Assembly (NCBI GenBank): GCA_038087875.1
Contig: CM075978.1
Coordinates: forward strand, 100,502,001 to 100,566,000
Origin: Malacoraja senta
Lineage: Eukaryota
DNA length: 64,000 bases
Reading direction: 5' to 3'
Both the position numbers and the translations under genes were made by a program. This document shows positions 22,575 through 35,600 of the stretch, piece after piece (the stretch's first letter is position 1; each line of letters opens with the position of its first letter). The notes under the pieces were generated by a model, which made no database searches, was not told the DNA's origin, and worked only from the letters and a program-made list of their open reading frames with translations.

Positions 22575-23024
22575 CGCCCCCCCCCCCCGACTCCATTCAA
22601 GGACCCAAGCAGTCGTTACAGGTGCGACAGATGTTCACCTGCATCTCCTCCAACCTCATCTATTGCATCTGCTGTGCTAGATTTCAGCTGATCTACATCG
22701 GTGACACCAAGCGTAGGCTTGGCGATCGTTTTGCCGAACACCTCCGCTCGGTCCGCATTAACCAACCTGATCTCCCTGTGGCTCAGGACTTCAACTCCCC
22801 CTCCCATTCCGAATCCGACCTTTCTGTCCTGGGCCTCCTCCATGGCCAGAGTGAGCACCACCAGAAATTGGAGGAGCAGCACCTCATATTCCGCTTGGGC
22901 AGGTAGCACCCTAGCGGCATAAACATTGACTTCTCCAATTTCTGGTAGCCCTTGCTGTCTCCCCCCCTTCTCAGCTCTCCCTCAGCCCTCGGATTATGCC
23001 GCTAGGGTGCTACCCGCCCAAGCG
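22575..23024 (+). mobile_element. Penelope-like element GIY-YIG endonuclease 3' fragment
   Basis: NLIYCICC...IYIGDTKRRLGDRFAEH...EQHLIFRLG (22622-22906); 31-bp inverted copy of 22892-22922 at 22994-23024. Confidence 0.85.
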
Positions 23025-25467
23025 TAATTAAGTAAGGATTTTTGATACGTATTTAGCTTATTCCCATCTTGCATTGATCCAAAGATAATCAATTCTGTAT
23101 TCGCTTCCAGTCTTCTATTAAATAATTTTGTAAAAATTTGAAAAATTTCGTTCCAGAATTTATGAAGTTTTATACAGAAGACAAAAGAGTGTGTTATAGT
23201 GGCATTCTCAGCTAAGCATTTATCACATATTGGTGAGATATTTGGATACAATTTATTCAATCTAGTTTTCGAGTAATATAGTCTATGTAAAATTTTAAAT
23301 TGGATTAAATTGTGTTTTACATTAATCAAACATTTATGTATATATATCAGGTATTTTTCCCATGCTTCTTTTGCAATTTGTATCTGTAATTCTTGTTCCC
23401 AATCTACCCTAATTGCCTCTGTCGATGGAGGTTCTATATTTAATATAATATTATATGTATGATATTAAATTGCTTGAAACTGCTTTAATATTCATCGTTT
23501 CATCTAGTGAATCTAAAGTTATATTTTGATATCCTTGTATGTGTTGTTTCAAATAATCTCTGATTTGAATGTATCTAAAGTATTGATTATTTTTCAAGTT
23601 GTATTTTAATTGTAGTTGTTGAAATGATAAAAAAAAAATCCCATTTCATACAAATCTCCAAAGCTTTTAATTCCTAATCTTTCCCAAAAGGTATACGCTT
23701 TATCAATAAGAGATGGCTTAAATTAGGGGTTATTTACTATTGGAGTTAAAAGTGATACATTTCCTACTTTCAAAGTTAGTTTTATTTGTTTCCAAATTCG
23801 AATTGTGTTGTGAATAATTGGGTTCTTCTTATATATTGTATTGTTTAATTTTATCGGGGAGAAGAGGATCGCTCCTATATTAAAAGGAGAACAATCCTCT
23901 TTCTCCATTCTTATCCATTCTACCTGTTGGGCAGAGCTGTCCAACCAATTAATTATGTTTTTAAAAATAACTGCCCAGTAGTAGTATAAAAAGTTTGGGA
24001 GTGTCAGTCCCCCAAATTCTTTAGGTTTACACAGATATTTTCTTTGGATTCTATGCACTCTATAGTCCCATATGAAGTTATATGAAGTACCACCTGGGGC
24101 GCTGTCGAGTATGGCTGCCCTGCCAGCAGCTGTTAGTCTTTTCACCCTTTTTTTATTTTTAGTTAGTTGAAAGTGTTTGTTTTGGAGATCTTTTAGTCTT
24201 TTTATGTGGGGGGTGGGGAAAGGGGGAAACTATTTCTCAGTACCTACCTGGTCGGAGTTGCGGCTTTTCTCCGAGCCGTATCTTCGCCCCTTCCTCGCGG
24301 CCTACGGGCAGATTGGAGCGGCGTATTCCTGCCGGGTCCGTCCAGGACTTCAGCTTCAGCCACGCACAGCGCTGAAGCACCATCGCGGAGCGGGCGATGC
24401 CTAACCCGGGTCGCCGTGCAGCAAGTTCCGGAGTGCTGTGACAGCCGGCACCAACATCGCGGAGCTGCGGTCTGCGGTCTGCGGTCTGCGGAGCTTCCAG
24501 CCGCGGGCGGCGCTGAACCCTAAACACCGCGGAGCCTGGGATCTCACGACGAGGTCGCCAGAGTCGGAGCATCGACCAGCGCGGCTCGTGGACTTCGGGA
24601 GCCGTGGTCTCCTGGGAGGTAGCGGCCGCTCCAGACACTCCGGGCCGCTGAGAGTGTTCACCTGACGCCAGAGCTCCATCATCCCGCGAGAGGGCCTGAG
24701 GCATCAGGCTGCCATATCGGCGATCACCCGACTATGGGTGAACTGGGGATGGGACTGGACTTTGCTGCCTTCCCCCACAGTGGGAACCATTGTGGGGGGA
24801 TGTTTTTATGTTATTGTTAAATTCTTTGGTGTTATCTTTATTTGTGTGCTGCATGGCAAGTCAAATTTCACTACACCAATTGGTGTATGTGACAATAAAT
24901 GTTTATCTCATCTTATCTATCTAATACTAGAATCTAATTTTTTTAAGAAGTTTTTTGGTAAGTATATTGGAATAGATTAAAATAGGTGTAATATTTGTGG
25001 TAGAAAAATCATTTTAATAGCATTTATTCTACCTATTAAAGACATCGGCAAGGTTTTCCAGAATTTAATCAACCCATTCAGTTTAGTTAGTAAAGGCATA
25101 AAATTTGGATTAAATAATGATTTATATTTTCTAGTAAGTTGAATACCTAAATACTTAAATTTTTCTGTTGCAATTTTTTTTTTAAAGGGAGATTTTAACA
25201 GATGTGTCGAGTCTTGTGGTTTTAACGTCATAATTTCACTTTTCTTCCAATTTATTCTATATCCTGAAAAGGAGCCAAATTCCTCTATTAAATTTAGTAT
25301 GTTTGGTATACTAATTTGCGAATTTGTGATGTATAATAATACGTCGTCTGCGTATAGTGAGATTTTATTATTTGAATCTTTGGTATTATATCCCCGAATA
25401 TTCGGATGGCTTCTTATACTTTCTGCTAAAGGCTCAATCACAAGTGCAAATAGTAGGGGTGATAGTG
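23025..25467 (-). mobile_element. L1-clade LINE ORF2 3' fragment (RT to C-terminal Cys motif), interrupted
   Basis: LSPLLFAL, ISLYADDVL, FKYLGI, LPMSLIGRINAIKM, QFKILHRLY, CDKC. Confidence 0.9.
24090..24921 (+). mobile_element. About 830-bp GC-rich non-coding interspersed element with (TATCT)n tail
   Basis: Interrupts L1 at KLDSSIT/NFIWDY; same architecture as 58360-59211; ends gtgacaataaa plus microsatellite tail. Confidence 0.65.
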
Positions 25468-25471
25468 CACA

Positions 25472-28400
25472 CAAGGCCACCAAATTCAAGTGCATTCATA
25501 CCATTTCAAGCTGCGTGCAAGGCCACCAAATTCAAGTGCAGTTTCATACCACTTCAAGCAGGGTGCAAGGTCATCAAATTCAAATGCAGTTTCACACCAT
25601 TTCAAGCAGGGTGCAAGGCCACCAAATTCAAATGCAGTTTCATACATTTCAAGCAGGGTGCAAGGCCCCCAAACTCAAGTTCAGTTTCATACCATTTCAA
25701 GTAGGGTGCAAGGCCACCAAACTCGTGAAGTTTCATACCATTTCAAGCAGGGTGCAAGGCCACCAAACTCAGGTGTCGTTTCATACCATTTCAAGCGGGG
25801 TGCAAGGCCACCAAACTCAAGTGCAGTTTCGTACCATTTCAAGCAGGGTGCAAGGCCAGCAAATTCAAGTGCAGTTTCATACCATTTCAAGCTGCGTGCA
25901 ATGCCACCAAATTCTAATGCAGTTTCGTACCATTTCAAGCAGCATTCAAGGCCACCAAATTCAAGTGCAGTATCGTACCATTTCAAGCTGGGTGCAAGTG
26001 CACCAAACTCAAGATCAGTTTCACACCATTTCAAGCAGGGTGCAAGGCCACCAAATTCAAATGCAGTTTTGTACCATTTCAAGCAGCGTGCAATGCCACC
26101 AAATTCAAGTGCAGTTTCATACCACTTCAAGCAGGGGGCAAGGTCACCAAATTCAAATGCAGTTTCATACCATTTCAAGCAGGGTGCAAGGCCACCAAAT
26201 TCAAATGCAGTTTCATACCATTTCAAGCAGGGTGCAAGGCCACCAAATTCAAATGCAGTTTTGTACCATTTCAAGCAGGGTGCAAGGCCACCAAATTCAA
26301 GTGCAGTTTCATACCATTTCAAGCAGCGTGCAATGCCACCAAACTCGTGCAGTTTCATACCACTTCAAGCAGGGTGCAAGGTCACCAAATTCAAATGCAG
26401 TTTCATACCATTTCAAGCAGGGTGCAAGGCCACCAAACTCAAGTGCAGTTTCATTCCACTTCAAGCAGGGTTCAAGGCCACCAAACTCAAATGCAGTTTC
26501 ATACCACTCCAAGTATGGTGGGAGGGCACCAAATTCAAGTGCAGTTTCATACTACTTCAAGCAGGGTGCAAGGCCACCAAATTCAAATGCAGTTTCATAC
26601 CACTTCAAGCAGGGTGCGAGGCCCCCAAATTCAAGTGCAGTTTCATACCACTTTACGCAGGGTACGAGGCCACCAAATTCAAGTGCTGTTTCATGCCATT
26701 TCAGGCAGGGTGAAGGGCCACCAAATTCAAGTGCAGCTTCATGCCATGTCAAGCAGGGTGCAAGGCCACCAAATTCTAATGCAGTTTCGTACCATTTCAA
26801 GCAGCAGTCAAGGCCACCAAATTCAAGTGCAGTATCGTACCATTTCAAGCTGGGTGCAAGGCCACCAAACTCAAGTTCAGTTTCACACCATTTCAAGCAG
26901 GGTGCAAGGCCACCAAACTCGTGCAGTTTCATACCATTTCAAGCAGGGTGCAAGGCCACCAAACTCAAGTGCAGTTTCAAACGACTTCAAGCAGGGTGCA
27001 AGGTCACCAAATTCAAATGCAGTTTCATACCATTTCAAGCAGGGTGCAAGGTCAACAAACTCAGGTGTCGTTTCATACCATTTCAAGCGGGGTGCAAGGC
27101 CACCAAACTCAAGTGCAGTTTCGTACCATTTCAAGCAGGGTGCAAGGCCACCAAATTCAAGTGCAGTTTCATACCATTTCAAGCTGCGTGCAATGCCACC
27201 AAATTCTAATGTAGTTTCGTACCATTTCAAGCAGCATTCAAGGCCACCAAATTCAAGTGCAGTATCGTACCATTTCAAGCTGGGTGCAAGGGCACCAAAC
27301 TCAAGATCAGTTTCACACCATTTCAAGCAGGGTGCAAGGCCACCAAACTCGTGCAGTTTCATACCATTTCAAGCAGGGTGCAAGGCCACCAAACTCAAGT
27401 GCCGTTTCGTACCATTTCAAGCAGGGGGCACGGCCACCAAATTCAAATGCAGTTTCGTACCATTTCAAGCAGCGTGCAATGCCACCAAATTCAAGTGCAG
27501 TTTCATACCACTTCAAGCAGGGTGCAAGGTCACCAAATTCAAATGCAGTTTCATACCATTTCAAGCAGGGTGCAAGGCCACCAAATTCAAATGCAGTTTC
27601 ATACCATTTCAAGCAGGGTGCAAGGCCACCAAATTCAAATGCAGTTTCGTACCATTTCAAGCAGGGTGCAAGGCCACCAAATTCAAGTGCAGTTTCATAC
27701 CATTTCAAGCAGCGTGCAATGCCACCAAACTCGTGCAGTTTCATACCACTTCAAGCAGGGTGCAAGGTCACCAAATTCAAATGCAGTTTCATACCATTTC
27801 AAGCAGGGTGCAAGGCCACCAAACTCAAGTGCAGTTTCATTCCACTTCAAGCAGGGTTCAAGGCCACCAAACTCAAATGCAGTTTCATACCACTCCAAGT
27901 ATGGTGGGAGGGCACCAAATTCAAGTGCAGTTTCATACTACTTCAAGCAGGGTGCAAGGCCACCAAATTCAAATGCAGTTTCATACCACTTCAAGCAGGG
28001 TGCGAGGCCCCCAAATTCAAGTGCAGTTTCATACCACTTTACGCAAGGTACGAGGCCACCAAATTCAAGTGCTGCTTCATGCCATTTCAGGCAGGGTGAA
28101 GGGCCACCAAATTCAAGTGCAGCTTCATGCCATGTCAAGCAGGGTGCAAGGCCACCAAATTCTAATGCAGTTTCGTACCATTTCAAGCAGCAGTCAAGGC
28201 CACCAAATTCAAGTGCAGTATCGTACCATTTCAAGCTGGGTGCAAGGCCACCAAACTCAAGTTCAGTTTCACACCATTTCAAGCAGGGTGCAAGTCCACC
28301 AAACTCGTGCAGTTTCATACGATTTCAAGCAGGGTGCAAGGCCACCAAACTCAAGTGCAGTTTCAAACGACTTCAAGCAGGGTGCAAGGTCACCAAATTC

Positions 28401-29876
28401 AAATGCAGTTTCATACCATTTCAAGCAGGGTGCAAGGCCAACAAATTCAAGTGCAGTTTCATACCATTTCAAGCAGCGTGCAATGCCACCAAATTCAAGT
28501 GCAGTTTCATACCACTTCAAGCAGGGTGCAAGGTCACCAAATTCAAATGCAGTTTCATACCATTTCAAGCAGGGTGCAAGGCCACCAAATTCAAATGCAG
28601 TTTCATACCATTTCATGCAGGGTGCAAGGCCACCAAATTCAAATGCTGTTTCGTACCATTTCAAGAAGGGTGCAAGGCCACCAAATTCAAGTGCAGTTTC
28701 ATACCATTTCAAGCAGCGTGCAATGCCACCAAATTCAAGTGCAGTTTCATACCACTTCAAGCAGGATGCAAGGTCACCAAATTCAAATGCAGTTTCATAC
28801 CATTTCAAGCAGGGTACAAGGCCACCAAATTCAAATGCAGTTTCATACCATTTCAAGCAGGGTGCAAGGCCACCAAATTCAAAAGCAGTTTCATACCATT
28901 TCAAGCAGTGAGCAATGCCACCAAATTCAAGTGCAGTTTCATACCACTTGAAGCAGGGTGCAAGGTCACCAAATTAAAATGCAATTTCATACCATTTCAA
29001 GCAGGGTGCAAGGCCACCAAATTCAAATGCAGTTTCATACCATTTCAAGCAGTGTGCAAGGCCTCCAAATTAAAGTGCAGTTACATGCCATATCAAGCAG
29101 GGTGCAAGGCCACCAAACTCAAGTGCAGTTTCCTACCATTTCAAGCAGGGTGCAAGGCCACCAAACTCAAGTGCAGTTTCCTACCATTTCAAGCAGGGTG
29201 CATGGCCACCAAACTCAAGTGTAGTTTCATACCACTTCAAGCAGGGTGCAAGGCCACCAAACTCAAGTGCAGTTTCATACCACTTCAAGCATCTTGTGAG
29301 GCCACCAAATTAAAGTGCAGTTTCATACCACTTCAAGCAGGGTACAAGGCCACCAAATTCAAGTGCAGTTTCATGCCACTTCAAGCAGGGTGCGAGGCCA
29401 CCAAATTCTAGTGCAGTTTCATACCACTTTACGCAGGGTGCGAGGTCACCAAATTCAAGTGCAGTTTCATGCCATTTCAGGCAAGGTGAAGGGCCACCAA
29501 ATTCAAATGCAGTTTCATACCATTTCATGCAGGGTGCAAGGCACTAAATTCAAATGCAATTTCATCCTATTTCATGCAGGTGCAAGGCCACCAAATTCAA
29601 ATGCAGTTTCATACCATTTCAAGCAGGTTGCAAGGCCACCAAATTCAAATGCCGTTTCATACCATTTCATGCAGGGTGCAAGGCCACCAAATTCAAATGC
29701 AGTTTCATACCATTTGAAGCAGGGTGCAATGCCACTAAATAAAAGTGCAGTTTCATATAATTTCAAGCAGGCTGCAAGGCCACCAAATTCAAGTGCAGTT
29801 TCATGCCATTTCAAGCATGGTGCAAGACAACCAAATTCGTTCAGTTTCATACCATTGCAAGCAGGGTGAAACCACC
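25472..29876. repeat. 48-bp tandem satellite (about 90 units) with 46-bp variants and 1386-bp higher-order repeat
   Basis: Unit gcagtttcataccatttcaagcagggtgcaaggccaccaaattcaa(a/g)t. Rare variant aagtatggtggg recurs at 26511 and 27897; matching ORFs are offset by 1386 bp. Confidence 0.97.
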
Positions 29877-29989
29877 ATAAAACCACCACAAAACACCACA
29901 AAACCATGTAAAAACCACGTAAAACCACACAGTTCAGTAGACATTCAGTGTGTTCAGTTGATTCACAGTTCAGACGAGTCATGACCTGA

Positions 29990-30286
29990 CCCTCCCCATC
30001 TTGTACAGAGCCACGCCCACACTTTCGAGTTTATAGTTCCTCCCCTCCCACCGGAAGGGGCGTGGCCTTCATAGCATGATTGACAGGAGAGAGAATCTCA
30101 ACATTTTTTAAACACAAATAACTCTTTTATTTTTCATCAATGGGAAAAGTCCTCTGCACCTGATGAGCGGAGGGGAACTCTGAGTAAGATGGCCAAAAAT
30201 CACAGTCGTAAGCGGTAGCGTTTTTCTAAAATCAATATACTGTGCAAACAGGAAGTGGTCAAGTTTAGACTTTTAATTATATTGAT
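29990..30286 (-). mobile_element. Possible 5' end of a non-autonomous Helitron-like element
   Basis: Minus strand A|TC-AATATAATTAAAAGTCT at 30286 resembles A|TCTATACACTTAAAAGTCT at 50550, which abuts a CTAG-ending terminus. Terminal motifs only. Confidence 0.35.
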
Positions 30287-30463
30287 GCCACATAAATGCT
30301 CTTCTACTCTCCTGGTGTTCACCAACCACAGGCTTACTTCCTCACACTGATGTCTCATTGGCAACATCCTGCAGTTCCTCTCAGCCCAAAGTCCACAGCC
30401 TCTGTCGAGTGGGTGTCTGTCAAAATCCCTTTGCACAGTTCAACCATCTCCACACTTGCCACC

Positions 30464-32611
30464 TGTAATGTATTCATGCATATTCATGTATATGCTAATG
30501 AGTTGGTGTTGTATATAAGTAGGGAATGTTGGGTATTAAATCTCTCTTGTGAACCAGGCAGCCTGCGTGTATGTTGTTATTCATTCTGCTGTCCAGAATA
30601 TAACAAAATTGGCGACGAGGATGGGATCGAGTTTGTGAACTCATCCTTTAAATACGGTGCAGGACGGATTTGCAACACGCAGTATTGTTTAATAGTTTAA
30701 ACAGTAAATACAGAGTTATGTCGCAGTTGTTTGCGAGCTGGACATGAGAGGCCTGCAGATCCGTCTATGCAGGAGACTGTAGTTTAAAACAGCAGCTGGA
30801 TAAATCGGCGAGAGTTTGTCAGGCTATCTCTATGTTGTGTCTACGTGGCAAGATGTCATCCTTGGGAGTGTATAACATTTTAGACTGAGTATTTTTTGTC
30901 GAATTCCTCAAGCTGAATAGCCTTTGTACAGCTAAGTTTTAGGTGAATTGCTACACCAGAACAGACAGGAATTCGGGGTTTTTGAACGGAACTTTTATTT
31001 TTTTAAAGAGAACGACACGATGGCAGCGTCCACGGGCTACATCGGAAACCTTGGCACTTTTGACAAGATTAGAGAGCCGTTCAGCTCCTATATGGAGAGA
31101 GCAAACATGTTTTTCACGGCAAACAATATATTGGAGATTAGTGGTGAAGGAGAGATAGTGACTGAAACAAATAAGACCGTTTGCGAACGCATGAAGGTGA
31201 TTCTGCTCACGGAGATCGGTCCTGAAGTGTACGGCACACTCGTGTATCTCCTTGCACGCTTAAAGGCAAAAGATGCGCCATTCAATGACATTATAAAGAA
31301 GTTGGAGCAGTTCAACCCAAAGCCTCTGGAAATTGCAGAAAGCTATAAATTTGGTACTAGAAACCAGAAGCAGAATGAGACAATCAATGAGTACATTGTT
31401 GCCTTGAAAAACTTAAGTTTACACTGTAACTTTGGAACCTTTCGTGGACGAGCACTACGCGACAGATTTGTTTGTGGTCCAGTGGATGAACGAATTCAGT
31501 CCAAACTGATGAACACTCCAGATCTCACATTCGAGAAAGCATGCAAGATTGCTACCACTTTGGACATGGCATCAAAGAATGCTCGCGAGTTTCGCCCACC
31601 ACGAACTGCAGTAGCCGTTTACAGTCACAAGGCAGTGCCTATGGCCAAACCAAGAGGCGCTAAACCAAAACCGAAGTATGGCGGGGAGCCAAGTGCAGCC
31701 AGTTGTTATCGTTGCAACGGTAATCACTCATCCCAATTTTGTCAGTTCAAAATGGCCAAGTGCTATAACTGCCAGAAGAAAGGCCATATCGCCTCAGCAT
31801 GTCAGGCCAAGCATAAAACAGGAAACCAACAATCTGCGGGAATCAAGCAACAACACCGGAGAGGAGTTCACAACTTAGAGGTGAACCCAGATGTAAATGA
31901 ACTTGGGTTGTACACCATTTATGCAACCAACATCGATAAGCCTACAACCAGCCAAGGCAAGGACTTTCAAACTAAACTATTGATTAATGAACAGTTAATC
32001 GATATGTGTATTGACACGGCAGCAGATTGTTCGGTCATGAGCAAAGACCTGTACGAAACAAAGTCCCCACAGATACCATTGTTTGAGAGTAAGGTCAAGC
32101 TGAGATCTTACTCGGGCGAAGTTTTGGAGACTTGTGGACAAATGAACTGTAAAGTTCAGCGTCAATTTGTCCAAATCACGTCTTGAAAACGTCATAAGCA
32201 AACATGCAAGCATTTTTGCTGACAGTTACACGAGAATAACAGGGTACTCTGCACACATTCGACTTAAGCAAGATGTGAAGCCTGTGTATTGTCGACCAAG
32301 ACCTGTACCAAATGCACTAAAGCAACAAGTGGAGGTAGAACTCAACAGATTAGAGCGTAATGGAGTACTTGTGAAGACAGACCAGAGTAACTGGGCAACG
32401 CCAATTGTGGCCGTACCTAAGGCTAATAAAACTGTTCGACTATGTGGTGATTACAAAGTCACAATCAACCAAGCCGTTGATGACGAACAATATCCGTTAC
32501 CAACCTCGCAAGATCTGTACGCAGAACTTAGCGGAGCAAGAGTCTTCACTAAACTGGATTTGTCTCACGCTTATGCTCAACTCAATGTCGATAAGGAAAG
32601 TCAGCAGTACT
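30464..32611 (+). mobile_element. Ty3/Gypsy LTR retrotransposon, 5' part (142-bp LTR, gag, protease, RT N-terminus)
   Basis: LTR TGTAA...AACA at 30464-30605; PBS-like TGGCGACGAG at 30610; gag knuckles CYRCNGNHSSQFC and CYNCQKKGHIASAC; protease IDTAAD; RT WATPIV, LCGDYK, KLDLSHAY. Confidence 0.92.
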
Positions 32612-35600
32612 AGAAAGATGAAACGAGAACTTACCGTTTGAAGTTTGATCTTTATTTTATGAGAAGTCGCGATGAGGGATTACGTGAAGAAGCCCGCCAG
32701 ACCGCATGCGCGTCAATCTTCAAAGTAGCTGTATGAACCCACAGAATAGTTGCTGACCTAAGCTATAGAAAGATTGAAGGCTAGAACTATCGAATGATCT
32801 TTATGACAATAGGGTCCGGAGTGGAGGGCACGTGATCCCTCATCGCGACTTCTCATAAAATAAAGAGCAAACTACTTTTTAAATTTTTTTTTTTAATTTT
32901 ATTTATTAGAAGTACATTAAATTACAAAAAATTACATTAGTACTCATCACGTATATCTTATTACCATTAATGTAATCCTTTATTTTTTAAAGCTAATAAA
33001 AAGAAAAGGTTGAAATTAAGAAAAAAGAGAAAGTGAAGGAAAATAGTGAAAGTGTAAAAACGTGTCAACAGGAAAGAACAGAGACTCTGTAGAAAAGAAA
33101 TTAGAGAGAAAAGATTAAGAGATAGACCCTAAAGAAGAAGAAAAGAGAAAGAAGAGAAAAGAGAAAAACAAGTACTTTATTATGAGCATCACGCAAATGG
33201 GTTGTACCAACTCGCCACCTTTCATCCCCCTTTACCAAGTCCTGACATCAATACATTTTTAAAGTACTTTTGCACCTTATGCTTGTAATAGTTCTATAAA
33301 TGAAGACCACGTCAGATGGAAGTGATCTGATTTGCCTGCCAGGAGGAGTCTTATCTCTTCTAGGTGTAATGTTTCAAACATGTTTGAAATCCACATGTTT
33401 ATAGTTGGTATTGGAGCATTTTTCCAAAATTTTAGGATAAGCTTTTTTCCAGTTATTAACCCATAATCAAATAGGTTCTTTTGAAACACATTTAGTTCAG
33501 GGCTATCTTCCGTTGTTCCGAAGATAATCCATTCTGCTTTTGGTGTCAGTTTTATTTTAAATAAAGATTTGTAAAGATTTCAAAAATTTAAATCCAACAT
33601 TTTTGAATTTTTGTACAAAAAACAAATGAGTGCGCTATAGTAGCTTCTTGAGACTGACATTTATCGCAAATAGACGATACATTGGGGGAAATTTTATTAA
33701 TTTTGTTTTTTGAATAATATAATCTGTGTACAATTTTGAATTGTATTAAAGTGTGTCTTACATTAATCGAGCATTTATGCACATTTAATAAATGTTCATT
33801 CCACCTTTCCTTTGAAATTTTAATAGCTAATTCTTGTTCCCAGTCTCTTCTAATACCTTCCGTAGTTGGTATTTCTACATTTAAGATAATATTATACAAA
33901 TAAGATATTAAGTTTGCTGATTCAGCTTTTATCTGCATTGCTTCGTCCAGTACATCTGGTATGATAATGATCTTTTGTATACTTTTTCAGATAATCACAT
34001 ATTTGAAAATATTTAAAGTATTCATTGTTTCCCAGCTTATATTTTATTTGTAATTGTTGGAATGATAGTAATTTTCCAGTTTCATACAAGTCTCCGAGCG
34101 TTTTAATTCCTAATCTTTCCCATTGTATAAATGATTTGTCTGTAATAGAGGGTTTAAACGAAGGGTTATTAACTATTGGGGATAAAAGCGATAGATTTCT
34201 TAATTTTAAATGTTGTTTTATTTGTTTCCAAGTTCTAATTGTACTATGTATAATTGGGTTTTTGTTATAATTATATTATTCAGTTTCATTGGTGAGAGGA
34301 GGATCGCTCCAATATTACAAGAGGAGCAGTCTTCTCTCTCCATTATAATCCAGTCCACCTGCTGGGCAGAGTTGTCCATCAGTTGAATCATATTTTTTTA
34401 CTGACCAATAATAGTACATAAAGTTAGGGAGTGCTAAGCCCCCTTATACTTTAGCTTTGTTCAAATGTGTTCTTTGTATTCTATGGGATTTAAAATCCCA
34501 TATAAAATTAGTAATGTCTGAATCCAATTTTTTTTTTAACTTCTCTGGTAAATATATGGGAATTGATTGAAATAGGTATAGAATTTGTGGTAAAAAGATC
34601 ATTTTTATTGCATTTATTCGGCCTATTAAAGACATCGGAAGCGTTTTCCAGAATTTAATTAATGTATTTAATTTATTAAGTAGAGGATTATAATTTGCTT
34701 TGAACATGCCTTGATATGTTCTGGTAATTTCAATACCCAAGTATTTAAATTTTTCTGTAGCTATTTTAAAAGGGAATTTTAAGAGATGTGTTGAGTCTTT
34801 CGGTTTTATTGACATAATTTCACTTTTATTCCAATTTATTCTGTTTCCAGAAAAGGATCCAAAATCCTCAATTAGATTTAGTATGTTTGGTATAGTAATT
34901 TGAGGTTTTGTGATGAACAATAATATATCATCCGCGTATAAAGATATTTTATTATTTGAATATTTAGTGTTATAGCCATGGATATCTGGATGTGTTCTAA
35001 TTTTTTCCGCTAAAGGTTCAATTATAAGAGCAAATAACTGCGGTGAAAATGAGCATCCTTGTCTGTTACCCCTTGATAATTGGAATTTCGAAGATATGTT
35101 ATTAGTTAATATTCTAGCTGTAGGCTTATTATATAATAATTTAATCCATAGAATAAAATTCTCTCCCAATTGGAATTTTTGTAATACTTTATCCATATAA
35201 TTCCATTCTACTTGATCAAATGCTTTTTCAGCGTCCAACGAAATAATTGATAATTCTTGTTCTTCGATTTTGTGTGAGTGCATTATATTGAGTAGCCGTC
35301 TCATATTATTAGATGAATGTCTCTTAGGGATAAACCCCGTTTGATCTGGGTTTATTAATTTACTAATATATTTACTTAATCTTCTAGCTAATGTTTTCGC
35401 TAATATTTTTTGATCTGTATTTAACAATGCTATAGCTCTATACGAACCCGGTTCTTCTATATCTTTGCATTTTTTGAGTATTAATGTGATCGTTGATTCA
35501 GCTAATGTATCAGATAATATTTATTCTTTAAAGGCATATTGATACATTTTTTGTAACCGTGATATAATTTTGTCATGAAAACCTTTATAAAATTCATTAG

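Noticed and set aside
24177-24704. Overlapping GC-rich ORFs (likewise 58436-59100)
   Set aside because: Stop-poor GC-rich repeat sequence, open in many frames with no recognisable domain.
25472-29876. CRISPR-like array
   Set aside because: Contiguous tandem units with no unique spacers, no cas genes, and a vertebrate context.
25299-29982. Very long ORFs (up to 854 aa) with 16-aa periodicity
   Set aside because: They are translations of a 48-bp satellite, open in several frames and on both strands, with no splice or domain evidence.
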